From positions 34,628 through 98,627 of the forward strand of contig JBIIHQ010000007.1 in assembly GCA_044235645.1 (NCBI GenBank): a stretch of DNA of 64,000 nt. Direction: 5' to 3'. A program made the translations under genes and the position numbers. The notes beneath the pieces were generated by a model. That model did not search any database. It saw nothing but the letters and a program-made list of their open reading frames with translations, and was not told where the DNA came from. The stretch comes from Bdellovibrionota bacterium (GTDB lineage Bacteria > Bdellovibrionota_C > UBA2361 > OMIW01). Shown here piece after piece: positions 55,465-64,000 of this stretch (positions within the stretch are counted from its first letter, which is position 1; every line of letters starts with the position of its first letter).

Positions 55465-56733
55465 ATGGAATCTCAGATAGGGGGAGGTATGGAACTATCT
55501 TTTCTAGTCAGCACGGGGATGATTATCGGCGGGCTCCTCAGCTCCCTTTCTGGCACTCTTCTTGTACCCCTCCTGATTCGGTGGCTCGATAAATCCCAAT
55601 CCGCTGCCAAGACCGAACGCAGTGCTCGTACCCGCGCAACTCGAAGGACCGATTATTCGCCCGCCAATCAAGAGTGCAGCTCCCTCGCGATTTTGCTGCC
55701 AGCCCCGGAAGGGGAAGAATTCTCCGAAGGACCGCTTCCAGAAGAATTTCGAGCTTCTCTCGAATCGATAACGTCAGCGATTGCCGTCGCCAAACGAAAG
55801 AATCCAAGCTTCTCCGCTGAGGTGTTCATAGGGACCCGCGAACAATTCTCACATGACGCGGCCACCGTAACCGGGGTACTGAGTGGGGCACGGGCACGAA
55901 TCGTCAAGACAGGTCACTCGGACCATTGGGAGATTGTGCGGGTGCTCGTAGAACGAGCGTGGGCCTATGATTGGCTGGCGGTGGTGGAACCCGGGACGGT
56001 GTGGTCACCTCGACTCCTTTCCGAGGTGGTAGAGCAAGTTCAGGAGGATGGAAGAGTCGCTCTCGTCTCGCCGCGTCACGGGTCAACTCGGTCGTCCTCG
56101 CTGATGGCCTCTCTTTCAGCGTTTGCCTCCGCCGGGCTGACCATGTGCAAGAATATCCTTCTTCGACCCTCGCGGCTCTCAGGACTCCCCATCGCACTCA
56201 ACCCGGCGACCACCTTCTACCGGAGTGATGAACTGATAGATACCTTTCGGTTTCTTCAATCTCATTCGGCCCAGCGGGGTAACCTCCTGCTTCCCTTCGT
56301 TTTGAAGGCGATCCACCCCCAAGTGCGGATTGTAGGAACGAATTCTTCCCGTTCAGCCGGGGTTTTCGCTCCGGCGAATCTGCAATCGACGCTACGGGGG
56401 GAACGGCGGCAGCTGCCGGCTGCCGTTGACTGTCTCCGCCTGTTGAAGTCTCTTCCCATCCGCCGATCTCCGGCGCTCACGCTTGCTGCCCTCGAGTACC
56501 TCTTCATCTCCGGATGGGTGTATTGGACCCTCGCAATGGTGGGAGGCAGTCTCCTCTTGGTCGGTCAAAGTAGCGGTATGGACGCCGTCATGATGGCCTC
56601 AGGAGCGATAGGAATCATCACTATCAGTCTTACCCTCTGGGGCCGAATTAGCCTTCGCACGATTGCAGATGAGATTTCAACGTCTCTCAGAGTGCCGCTC
56701 GCTATCGCCTTTCCCACCTCAGGGAGAAGATAG
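55465..56733 (+). CDS. Hypothetical membrane protein, possibly degenerate GT2-like
   Basis: 422 aa with an N-terminal TM and C-terminal TMs. LAILLPAPEGEE and YDWLAVVEPGT loosely resemble GT2 motifs. The call is weak. Confidence 0.3.
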   Translation: MESQIGGGMELSFLVSTGMIIGGLLSSLSGTLLVPLLIRWLDKSQSAAKTERSARTRATRRTDYSPANQECSSLAILLPAPEGEEFSEGPLPEEFRASLESITSAIAVAKRKNPSFSAEVFIGTREQFSHDAATVTGVLSGARARIVKTGHSDHWEIVRVLVERAWAYDWLAVVEPGTVWSPRLLSEVVEQVQEDGRVALVSPRHGSTRSSSLMASLSAFASAGLTMCKNILLRPSRLSGLPIALNPATTFYRSDELIDTFRFLQSHSAQRGNLLLPFVLKAIHPQVRIVGTNSSRSAGVFAPANLQSTLRGERRQLPAAVDCLRLLKSLPIRRSPALTLAALEYLFISGWVYWTLAMVGGSLLLVGQSSGMDAVMMASGAIGIITISLTLWGRISLRTIADEISTSLRVPLAIAFPTSGRR

Positions 56734-56774
56734 GACGATGCCATGAGCGACGCCCTCGATTTCCTACTCGCCTC

Positions 56775-57980
56775 CTAGCCTGTTTCATTCCTCGTGACCG
56801 GAGTATGCCGGCGAGGCCCTACGACGAGACGGGGCAACCCTAAGAGCCGTTCCGCAATAATTGAGCGCTGAATTTCCGAGGTTCCCGCCGCGATGGTACG
56901 TCCTCGAGAATACAGGTAGCGGAGGGAATGGGCAGAATCGGCCTCGGAAATAATAGCATTTACCCCTTCGAGACGAAGGCGAAAATCAGCAAGCTGCTGG
57001 AACGATTCGCTCCAAAGCAATTTATCAATAGAACCCTCCGGCCCCGGAGAGCCTCCTCCCGCATAAGATGCGACATGGTGGTAGGCAAGAGCCCGGATTG
57101 CATTGAATGTGGCGACATGAGTCGCCAGCTCAGCCCGATCCGAATCGCTCATTCGTGCTTGCCAAACAGGGCTTAGCAGCTCCTGCAGTACCCGTTCCGA
57201 TTGAACGTGGCGAGCAAAAGTGAGGACAACCCTTTCATACAGGAGCGTCGTCAGGGCTATCGACCAACCCTTTCCAACCTCACCGACGAGGTGCTCTCGT
57301 GGTACGAAAACACCATCGAAAAAAACTTCGTTAAACTCCTCTTCGCCTGAGATTTGGCGAAGAGGACGAACCGTGACACCCGGGCTCTTCATATCGACTA
57401 ACAGGTATGACAACCCGTCATGCGGTCGCTCCCCCCGACCAGTGCGCCCCAAGAGGAAACACCAATCGGCGATATGCGCAAAACTAGTCCAAATTTTAGA
57501 CCCATTGAGTCTAAACCCCTCGCCCCGCATCGGATCAACAACCGACTCACATTTTAGCGACACTGCAGTGAGGTCGCTTCCGGCTCCTGGCTCTGAGAAG
57601 CCTTGACACCAGATTTCCTTGCCCGAAAGGATCGAACCGAGAAAGCGCCGTCGCTGGGTATCCGTTCCGTGAGTAATGAGCACCGGCCCTACCATGGTAA
57701 GCCCGAAAAGCCCCAACACCTGCGGCGAACCCACCCGACCCAGCTCCTCCTGAACCACCGCCTCCTCGACGAGGGTAAGGCCCCGTCCTCCGAACTCAAC
57801 AGGCCAGTGAAGTCCGAGCCAGCGCCCTTTTGCCAACTGACGTTGCCATTCTCGACCAACCGTGACAAACGATTCGAGGCTACTATCCCGATTGGCGGTG
57901 GGCGGGGGATGATCGGCGAGCCATGCCCTGAGCTCCCCCCTAATTGCCTCTGCCGAATCGCTTACACGCCAGGAAATCAT
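56775..57980 (-). CDS. Acyl-CoA dehydrogenase family protein
   Basis: 401 aa. Motifs are CQGFSEPGAGSDL, GSKIWTSFAHIADWCFLLGRT and the C-terminus GTSEIQRSIIAERLLGLP. Confidence 0.9.
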   Translation of the reverse strand: MISWRVSDSAEAIRGELRAWLADHPPPTANRDSSLESFVTVGREWQRQLAKGRWLGLHWPVEFGGRGLTLVEEAVVQEELGRVGSPQVLGLFGLTMVGPVLITHGTDTQRRRFLGSILSGKEIWCQGFSEPGAGSDLTAVSLKCESVVDPMRGEGFRLNGSKIWTSFAHIADWCFLLGRTGRGERPHDGLSYLLVDMKSPGVTVRPLRQISGEEEFNEVFFDGVFVPREHLVGEVGKGWSIALTTLLYERVVLTFARHVQSERVLQELLSPVWQARMSDSDRAELATHVATFNAIRALAYHHVASYAGGGSPGPEGSIDKLLWSESFQQLADFRLRLEGVNAIISEADSAHSLRYLYSRGRTIAAGTSEIQRSIIAERLLGLPRLVVGPRRHTPVTRNETG

Positions 57981-58061
57981 GCAGCTCCTTCAATGACGCC
58001 AGCAGACCACGGTACCGACGCGGGGATTATGCCCCTCGCGACTAAAAGGTATTGATTCGAA

Positions 58062-58802
58062 CTAGCGCCCCGCCTCCTGAAGCTTACGGGCCGCCCCACT
58101 ATCAAGGTACCACGTCACCTTATCAGCCACACCCCCGAACAGGAGGGCCGGACACTCATCAACTGAACCAATACCCTTCACCACTCGGTAGACTACATCT
58201 GCTTTTGCTTGGCCACTTACCAGAAAAAGGATTCGCCGCCCTGCCATCAGAATTCGCGGCATCAGGGTGATTCGGGTCACTCCATCTTTGGGGCTTGTAG
58301 CCACCGCTACCAGCCGTTCACTCTCCTCCCGAAGGAGCGAAGAGTGCGGAAATAGCGAAGCTGTATGTCCGTCATCACCCAGACCGAGCAGTACGATATC
58401 GAATAGAGGAAAATCCCCTTCGATTGCACTTCGAATCGTCGCCTCGTAGTGCCGCGCCACCTCTTCTGAGTCGGAAAGATCGGTAGGGATGGGAAAAAGT
58501 TTCGGAGGAACCGCCAACCCCGAAAGCATCGTTCCTTGGACCATATGATAATTTGATTGATCATCCGAGTGGGGAACATAGCGTTCGTCTCCCCAAAAAA
58601 GAGACACCTTATCCCACGGGACCTCTGCCACCCGAGGAGGATGCCCGAGGGCACGATATACCGCCCCCGGAGTTGTCCCTCCTGAGAGTGCTATCGAGCA
58701 ACTTCCCCGTTCAGCCACCGCTTCCCCGATGAGCGAAACCAACTCATCAGCCACATCACCCCCAAAATTGCGAGGCTCGATTATCTCGACATTTGTTTCC
58801 AT
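58062..58802 (-). CDS. pgl: 6-phosphogluconolactonase
   Basis: 246 aa. Motifs are SIALSGGTTPGAVY, LFWGDERYVPHSDDQSNY and LGLGDDGHTASLFP. Confidence 0.9.
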   Translation of the reverse strand: METNVEIIEPRNFGGDVADELVSLIGEAVAERGSCSIALSGGTTPGAVYRALGHPPRVAEVPWDKVSLFWGDERYVPHSDDQSNYHMVQGTMLSGLAVPPKLFPIPTDLSDSEEVARHYEATIRSAIEGDFPLFDIVLLGLGDDGHTASLFPHSSLLREESERLVAVATSPKDGVTRITLMPRILMAGRRILFLVSGQAKADVVYRVVKGIGSVDECPALLFGGVADKVTWYLDSGAARKLQEAGR

Positions 58803-58823
58803 CTGCTTACGTCCACTAATCCT

Positions 58824-60155
58824 TTACCCGGTTGTACTCGATAGCCCCTTGGTGACCCGGCGCCAGAATGAAGACGATATCCGGGGATCCCGCAATCGTT
58901 CCACCTCTCGCCACCGCGGGAAAAAAGCTGCAAACGACCTTGGCTGCATGACAGCATCTTTCGCGGGATATATTCGTCCCCTATCGGCGACCACAATATC
59001 CTCAAGACGGCGAACCAATCGAAACACATCCTCACCAGTGATCGGAAGATCCAATGCGAGGGTCACCCCCGGCTGGGGAAACGACATGATACCGGGCGAT
59101 GGCATATCTCCAAACTCCTTCAGGACTGCCAGAAAGGATCCCGCGCCACTTCTCGACAAAGCATCGAGAATTTCCCCCACCGCATCTTGCGACGCAACGC
59201 ACTGAAACTGCAAGAAGCCTCGGGGCCCGTAGAGCCGATTCCACCTCCCCACCGCATCCAGGGGGTAGAAAAAGGGGTCGTAATGCACCCGCTGATTTTC
59301 GATCCGCCACCCCTTTAACGCTCCATACACCGAGTTAAATGCCCGCATTGACCACGATGAAAGCAACCATGGCGGGGCGGTAAATGGAACGACTATCTTT
59401 TCTCCGGCTAACCGACGCGCAACTGGGCCCGGCTCTGTCGCGTGCTTACCCCGATAGAGAACCCCCCGCCCCAATCGTCCACCACGCGCGAGACAATCAA
59501 CCCACGCCACCACAAAATCGTACCGCTGCTCACTTTCTCGAGAGAGAGAAAAAAAATCCCGATAGTGTCCGAAGGGAATCGAATCCATCATCATCCACGG
59601 ACCCGCCACCCTGGTCAGCTGAATGTCAGCCCAGAGAATAACGCCGGTTAATCCCAGCCCTCCGATAGTCGCCCCGAAGAGATCTGGATTACTTTCAGAG
59701 GAGCACTCTGTTTCGGTGCCATCTGAGCGGGCAAGCATCAAGCGCCTTACCCATCGACCGAAGGTCCCAGAACGATGGTGATTTTTACCATGGACATCAT
59801 TTGCGATTGCCCCGCCCACCGTAACGAACTTCGTGCCGGGGGTAACAGGAACAAACCAACCCCGGGGGACAAAAACTGACAGGATCTCGCCTATACTTAC
59901 CCCCGCCTCACACCGAAGCACTCCTGTCGCCTCGTCGAAGGAACGAAGACATCGCAACTCTCGCATCGGCAGAACAGAGTGACCTGTATTAAGACAGACA
60001 TCGCCGTAGCTCCGTCCCAAGCCGAACGGGAGCAGAGTTCCCTCTTTTGGCCATGAGACACGGGAGGCTGTCCTCGCGCATGCCGAGAAATTGAGCTGGG
60101 CGATCCCGTAACCAGAATGAGGGGGAAACATCCCCCACGAGGCAATTTCATTCAT
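58824..60155 (-). CDS. FAD-binding (PCMH-type) oxidoreductase, DprE1-like
   Basis: 443 aa. Motifs are PFGLGRSYGDVCLN and VTVGGAIANDVHGKNHH. Confidence 0.8.
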   Translation of the reverse strand: MNEIASWGMFPPHSGYGIAQLNFSACARTASRVSWPKEGTLLPFGLGRSYGDVCLNTGHSVLPMRELRCLRSFDEATGVLRCEAGVSIGEILSVFVPRGWFVPVTPGTKFVTVGGAIANDVHGKNHHRSGTFGRWVRRLMLARSDGTETECSSESNPDLFGATIGGLGLTGVILWADIQLTRVAGPWMMMDSIPFGHYRDFFSLSRESEQRYDFVVAWVDCLARGGRLGRGVLYRGKHATEPGPVARRLAGEKIVVPFTAPPWLLSSWSMRAFNSVYGALKGWRIENQRVHYDPFFYPLDAVGRWNRLYGPRGFLQFQCVASQDAVGEILDALSRSGAGSFLAVLKEFGDMPSPGIMSFPQPGVTLALDLPITGEDVFRLVRRLEDIVVADRGRIYPAKDAVMQPRSFAAFFPRWREVERLRDPRISSSFWRRVTKGLSSTTG

Positions 60156-60323
60156 ACGGGAACTCAGATCGGCAGGGAAGGATCATCGAGCCGCGAAAAG
60201 CCAACTTTAAAATGACCTAGAACACCACTCTCATCGAGGAAAGCTGGGACCTCGCGGGGGAGCGACTCACCACGGGAATCCCCCGCAGAAACGGGGAGAC
60301 TCTTCGGAACACCCAGCGATTCG

Positions 60324-61010
60324 TTACGCAAGGTTATACTTGACGATAGCGTATATCGCTCGGAACCCGTCGCGCCATCCAATTTTTTTTCCCTCGGCGT
60401 AGGTTCGACCGTAATAGGAAATCCCTACCTCAAAAATACGAACCGACAGCTTTGCCACCTTTGCAGTAATCTCTGGCTCAAAACCAAACCGGTCCTCCTC
60501 GATGGTTATCTTGTCAAGCACACTCCTTCGAAACATCTTATAACATGTCTCCATATCGGTAAGGTTGATATTAGTAAACATGTTCGAAAGGAGGGTCAGA
60601 AAACGATTACCCACCATGTGCCAGAAATAAACAACTCGGTGAGGCCCCCCACCCATAAATCTCGAGCCGTATACTACATCAGCACGGTCACGTACGATCG
60701 GTTCCATGAGGATTGGATATTCCTGTGGATCATATTCAAGGTCAGCATCCTGCACTACCACGATGTCTCCGGTTGCGACCGCGAACCCCGACCGAAGCGC
60801 CGCCCCTTTTCCTTGATTAACCTCGTGATAGACGACCTTATCAACGAGCTGCTCAATATCCGATTTGAGAAGTTCACGAGTGCCGTCGGTCGAACGGTCA
60901 TCGACAACAATTATCTCCTTATCCGGAACGGGCGACGCTTTTACCGCCTCGATAATAGTGCGGATCGTCGTCAACTCATTAAAACATGGGATAACCACCG
61001 ATAATTTCAT
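60324..61010 (-). CDS. Glycosyltransferase family 2 (polyprenyl-phosphate sugar synthase-like)
   Basis: ORF trimmed to ATG 61010. Motifs are MKLSVVIPCFNE, IIVVDDRSTDGT, VVQDADLEYDP and a C-terminal amphipathic region. Confidence 0.85.
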   Translation of the reverse strand: MKLSVVIPCFNELTTIRTIIEAVKASPVPDKEIIVVDDRSTDGTRELLKSDIEQLVDKVVYHEVNQGKGAALRSGFAVATGDIVVVQDADLEYDPQEYPILMEPIVRDRADVVYGSRFMGGGPHRVVYFWHMVGNRFLTLLSNMFTNINLTDMETCYKMFRRSVLDKITIEEDRFGFEPEITAKVAKLSVRIFEVGISYYGRTYAEGKKIGWRDGFRAIYAIVKYNLA

Positions 61011-61938
61011 GACCTTACCTCGAATGTAAACGCCCGTTCGGGCCCACGACGGCACCTCAGTCCCCGGCCAAGGAGGGTACCCGTATCCCCTTAGTCCTGC
61101 AAGGTTGTTGACCACCGACAACCGACCTCCCGAGCTGTTCTATCTGGCGATACATCGACCAAAAAGTCCTCCGTACCCCTTGCCAACTTCTCCCCCTTGT
61201 GGTCTTATATTGGACATAAAGGTATTATTTGTGTCCTGAGGCCCTCCGAGAAACTTATATCACGTCGATCAAAGATAACGCTGCATGATAGGCAGATGAC
61301 GAATCGACAAAGTCACGCGGAGATCGGTGGGAGCCTCTTTGGTTGTTAGGTACGGTTAAGAAGGTTGGTTGCTGATGTCCGCCCTCAGCCTCGAGATTCG
61401 GGGTTGCGACCAGAGCAGTTTTTTCCCTCGGGGTAGCCCAGTTCGGGAGTGGCCCCTGCGTTTAAGGAACATCCTCGGGCGATGAGTCCGCTCGTTACCG
61501 GCGCATTAAAAAAGCGGCAGGGCCGTTTTACCGGTTAATCATATCGTCAGTCGGAGCCCTCTGGGCTAGAGTACTTGCATAATCCCTGACACCGGAAAGG
61601 GCTTCCTTCATCCTTTTCAGGAGGAGGAGGTCAATCTCCGAAAGGAATTTCGGTCCGTCGCCATTAACTCCACAGGAGGGCTTTCCTTGTGGCACAACTC
61701 TGAGAGAGGAGCTTTAAAATCCGTGAGTTCTGTATCCACCCCAACCTATCGGCGACCTCGAATAGAATCCAGGCGATCTGCGCGACGTCGTCCCAAAAGG
61801 ACGACATCCCCCTCCTCCATCCATTCCCGAGAACGGGGAGAACGGGTCTCAGAGACGATTCCGGTTGGTTTCTCAGGATCAGTTGCCCAGCCCGCCCAAG
61901 AGCTTTCGGCGCCCGCAAAACAGCGCAGAGATGTCCTC

Positions 61939-61947
61939 TGGTATAAT
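61939..61947 (+). promoter_or_regulatory. Extended -10 promoter element (TGGTATAAT) upstream of 61984..62487
   Basis: TG-n-TATAAT was read directly (TATAAT 61942-61947), about 37 nt upstream of the ATG. The -35 is poor. Confidence 0.4.
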
Positions 61948-61983
61948 CGAGAGGTCGATCTTGACCAGCAGTATCCTATTGCG

Positions 61984-62487
61984 ATGCGTTTTTCCGTCAG
62001 AAAAAGCTACGGGTGGATTATTCTCGGCGTGATTGCATTCATCTCCTTTATTATGATTCACGGTTTAGCCGGCTTCGGTCATATGGATGACCCCTTCACC
62101 CGCGTGCACGTCACTGTCTTTCGGATTGCGCTGGTCGGCCTCATCCTTAGCATCGCTTATTGGGAACTCTATCGGCGAAGTTTTTCCTATCAGATTGAAG
62201 GGTTTCGCCTCTTGATTCAGCGCGGAATCTTCTTCAAAGTATACGCCTCAGTGCCACTCCTTCCCGTTGCCGATATACTGGTCCGCCGGGGCTTCTCAGA
62301 TATGATATTCGGCCTGTACAACGTATCACTGCTGATACCAGTGAGTGCCGGAGATCATATGTGCACCATATCGGGACTGACCAAGGAAGCTTCTTTCGGC
62401 TTGCGAGAGTATCTTTGTCAACAGCTTAACAATCAGGTCTTCGTTGCTGATGCAGCCTTGAAGACCGCCGAACACCCGACCAGTTAA
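61984..62487 (+). CDS. Bacterial PH-domain (bPH_2/YdbS-like) membrane protein
   Basis: ORF 61687..62487 trimmed to ATG 61984. Two TM helices are followed by YQIEGFRLLIQRGIFFKVYASVPLLPVADILVRRGFSDMIFGLYNVSL, typical of the YdbS/YdbT PH-like domain. Confidence 0.65.
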   Translation: MRFSVRKSYGWIILGVIAFISFIMIHGLAGFGHMDDPFTRVHVTVFRIALVGLILSIAYWELYRRSFSYQIEGFRLLIQRGIFFKVYASVPLLPVADILVRRGFSDMIFGLYNVSLLIPVSAGDHMCTISGLTKEASFGLREYLCQQLNNQVFVADAALKTAEHPTS

Positions 62488-62552
62488 GTGAGGCGATTGA
62501 GCTAAATGCAGGGCGTTCGGCACTTTTCACCGGTGAACGGCCGCGTTGCTAT

Positions 62553-63959
62553 ATGATTGTTGGTGCCCCTTTCCCATCTGACGCTCGAATGATTGACCGC
62601 ATCCGGGTCGAGCTCTCTCCGTTTATTGCCCGGTGCAGTGGATTGTCCGATGCGCTCGGTGAAGATGCTGGCCTTTTTTTGGTGGGTGGAGCTGTTCGTG
62701 ATGCGGCACTCGGCATCACGCCGACCGATATCGATATCGCGATGCGTCTCGAACCGTCGGTCGCTCTTGAACGGCTCTCTCGTGCGGGAATACGCACCTA
62801 TGCGACCGGTCTGCGCCACGGAACCATTACCGCACTCCTTGCGGACGATACCCCAGTTGAACTCACCACCTATCGTTTACCGAATCCCGCCAATGATCCT
62901 CTTTTCTCAGATTCGATCGAGACAGATCTATCAGGCCGAGACTTCACCATAAACGCTCTTGCGTTCAATCTGAGGACACGGGCAGTTGTGGATCCGTACG
63001 ATGGACTCGTTGATATTCGGCACGACATTCTCCGTGCCGTCGCTGAACCGCTCGCTCGATTCGGGGAAGATCCTCTTCGTATCCTCCGCATGGTTCGATT
63101 CGGACCGGCGTCAGGACGCACCGTCGATCACGCCACAATGGAAGCGGCTCGACAGCTTGTCGACCGACTATCTGCGGTAAGTGTTGAACGAATCCGAGAG
63201 GAGCTTGTCCACATCGTCTGTTCCTCGCACCCCCGTGCCGCGTTTTACACCCTGAGGGAGATTGAAGCATTACCGCTTCTTCTTCCCGAGCTGATGCCAA
63301 GTGTTGGGTGCGATCAAAATCGTTGGCATGTTGAAGATGTGTTTAACCACACACTCTCAGTTGTCGAGCGCACCCCGGCCTCAGACCGCACACTGAGGCT
63401 CGCAGCGCTTTTTCATGATACGGGCAAACCTGCCACCCTCTCGATAGATGACGAGGGCAATCGTCACTTTTACGGGCACGAGGTGGTGAGTGCAAAGCTA
63501 TGCGAGGAGGCTCTAACACGGCTTAAATGCTCAAACGATGAGGTGCGCGATGTGACACTCATCGTTCGAAATCACATGCGGAATATTGATTGCGGCCCTC
63601 CCGGTGTGCGTCGCATACTTCGAGACCTCGGTGAACAGTTTGATCGATTCCGAGCGTTTCAGGATGCCGATAAAACCCCTGTTATGTCAGACGAGGACCA
63701 CATAACACGGGTAAACCGCTTCGATGCTCTCGTTACCGCGGAAAAAAATCGACTGAAAGGGCGCCCGGTTGACCAGCTTCAGGTGAACGGCCACGATATC
63801 ATGGCCCTTGGGGTACCTGCGGGCCCCCGTGTCGGGAGGATACTCAACGAGCTCGCAGAGTTAGTGCTCGATGATCCGACGCTCAACGAGGCTGCGGTGC
63901 TTCTTCAGCGAGCACGGCAACTTATTTGCGAGCAGATTGAGCCTCCGCAAAAGCGGTAA
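62553..63959 (+). CDS. cca: CCA-adding enzyme / tRNA nucleotidyltransferase with HD domain
   Basis: 468 aa, with an alternative ATG at 62589. Motifs are FLVGGAVRDAALGITPTDIDIA, RDFTINALA and the HD motif AALFHDTGKP. Confidence 0.9.
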   Translation: MIVGAPFPSDARMIDRIRVELSPFIARCSGLSDALGEDAGLFLVGGAVRDAALGITPTDIDIAMRLEPSVALERLSRAGIRTYATGLRHGTITALLADDTPVELTTYRLPNPANDPLFSDSIETDLSGRDFTINALAFNLRTRAVVDPYDGLVDIRHDILRAVAEPLARFGEDPLRILRMVRFGPASGRTVDHATMEAARQLVDRLSAVSVERIREELVHIVCSSHPRAAFYTLREIEALPLLLPELMPSVGCDQNRWHVEDVFNHTLSVVERTPASDRTLRLAALFHDTGKPATLSIDDEGNRHFYGHEVVSAKLCEEALTRLKCSNDEVRDVTLIVRNHMRNIDCGPPGVRRILRDLGEQFDRFRAFQDADKTPVMSDEDHITRVNRFDALVTAEKNRLKGRPVDQLQVNGHDIMALGVPAGPRVGRILNELAELVLDDPTLNEAAVLLQRARQLICEQIEPPQKR

Positions 63960-64000
63960 GTTCCTTAAAAATAGCCACTAGTCGGGAGAAATAGGTCGAT

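Noticed and set aside
1-64000. I looked for mobile elements, prophage, integrative islands and defence systems.
   Set aside because: No transposase, integrase, recombinase, phage structural gene, restriction-modification, toxin-antitoxin or known defence-system signature was recognised. I noticed no inverted terminal repeats or tRNA-flanked boundaries.

Overview
This window is a chromosomal segment of a moderately GC-rich diderm (Gram-negative-type) bacterium, as shown by a bamA-skp-fabZ-lpxA-lpxI cluster. It holds about 55 protein-coding genes, mostly housekeeping: acs, ppiB-pheS-pheT, lon, ftsK, ssb, coaD, cca, pgl and an acyl-CoA dehydrogenase. I recognised no rRNA, tRNA, CRISPR array, transposase or integrase. 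All family calls come from by-eye motif recognition on the supplied ORF track and sequence; no searches were run. (1) The most system-like and unusual locus is a tightly coupled minus-strand operon at 34.4-38.6 kb. It encodes a type III secretion/flagellar-type export gate (SctR/S/T/U, equivalent to FliP/FliQ/FliR/FlhB), preceded by a small SctI/FliE-like protein and a coiled-coil plus FliK/SctP-like protein. No SctV/FlhA, ATPase, ring, secretin or SctQ gene lies anywhere in the 64 kb. The SctU/FlhB gene is split exactly where the NPTH autocleavage loop normally sits, by a TAA stop overlapping an AAGGAGG Shine-Dalgarno followed by a GTG restart. (2) A 3-kb ORF-poor island at 7.3-10.4 kb carries three monocistronic minus-strand units. 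Each has a small hydrophobic-leader ORF ending in Cys-x6/7-Cys and its own intrinsic terminator; two have near-consensus sigma70-like promoters and the third a weaker one overlapped by a Fur-box-like palindrome. The island also holds other perfect palindromes and an orphan plus-strand terminator. (3) Next to the island is an orphan TadE-type pseudopilin-leader protein fused to a beta/gamma-crystallin domain, a PKAPDPQ repeat and a Cys-rich tail. Smaller oddities are: a RadC / Thg1-like divergent pair; a hyper-acidic protein next to a mini-lipoprotein; a degenerate Ser/Thr kinase-HEAT protein; livK-livH without livMGF, appended to pheST; a PheT lacking its tRNA-binding domain; an outer-membrane cluster lacking lpxD and lpxB; a DprE1-like oxidase with a GT2; and two 18-bp tandem duplications.
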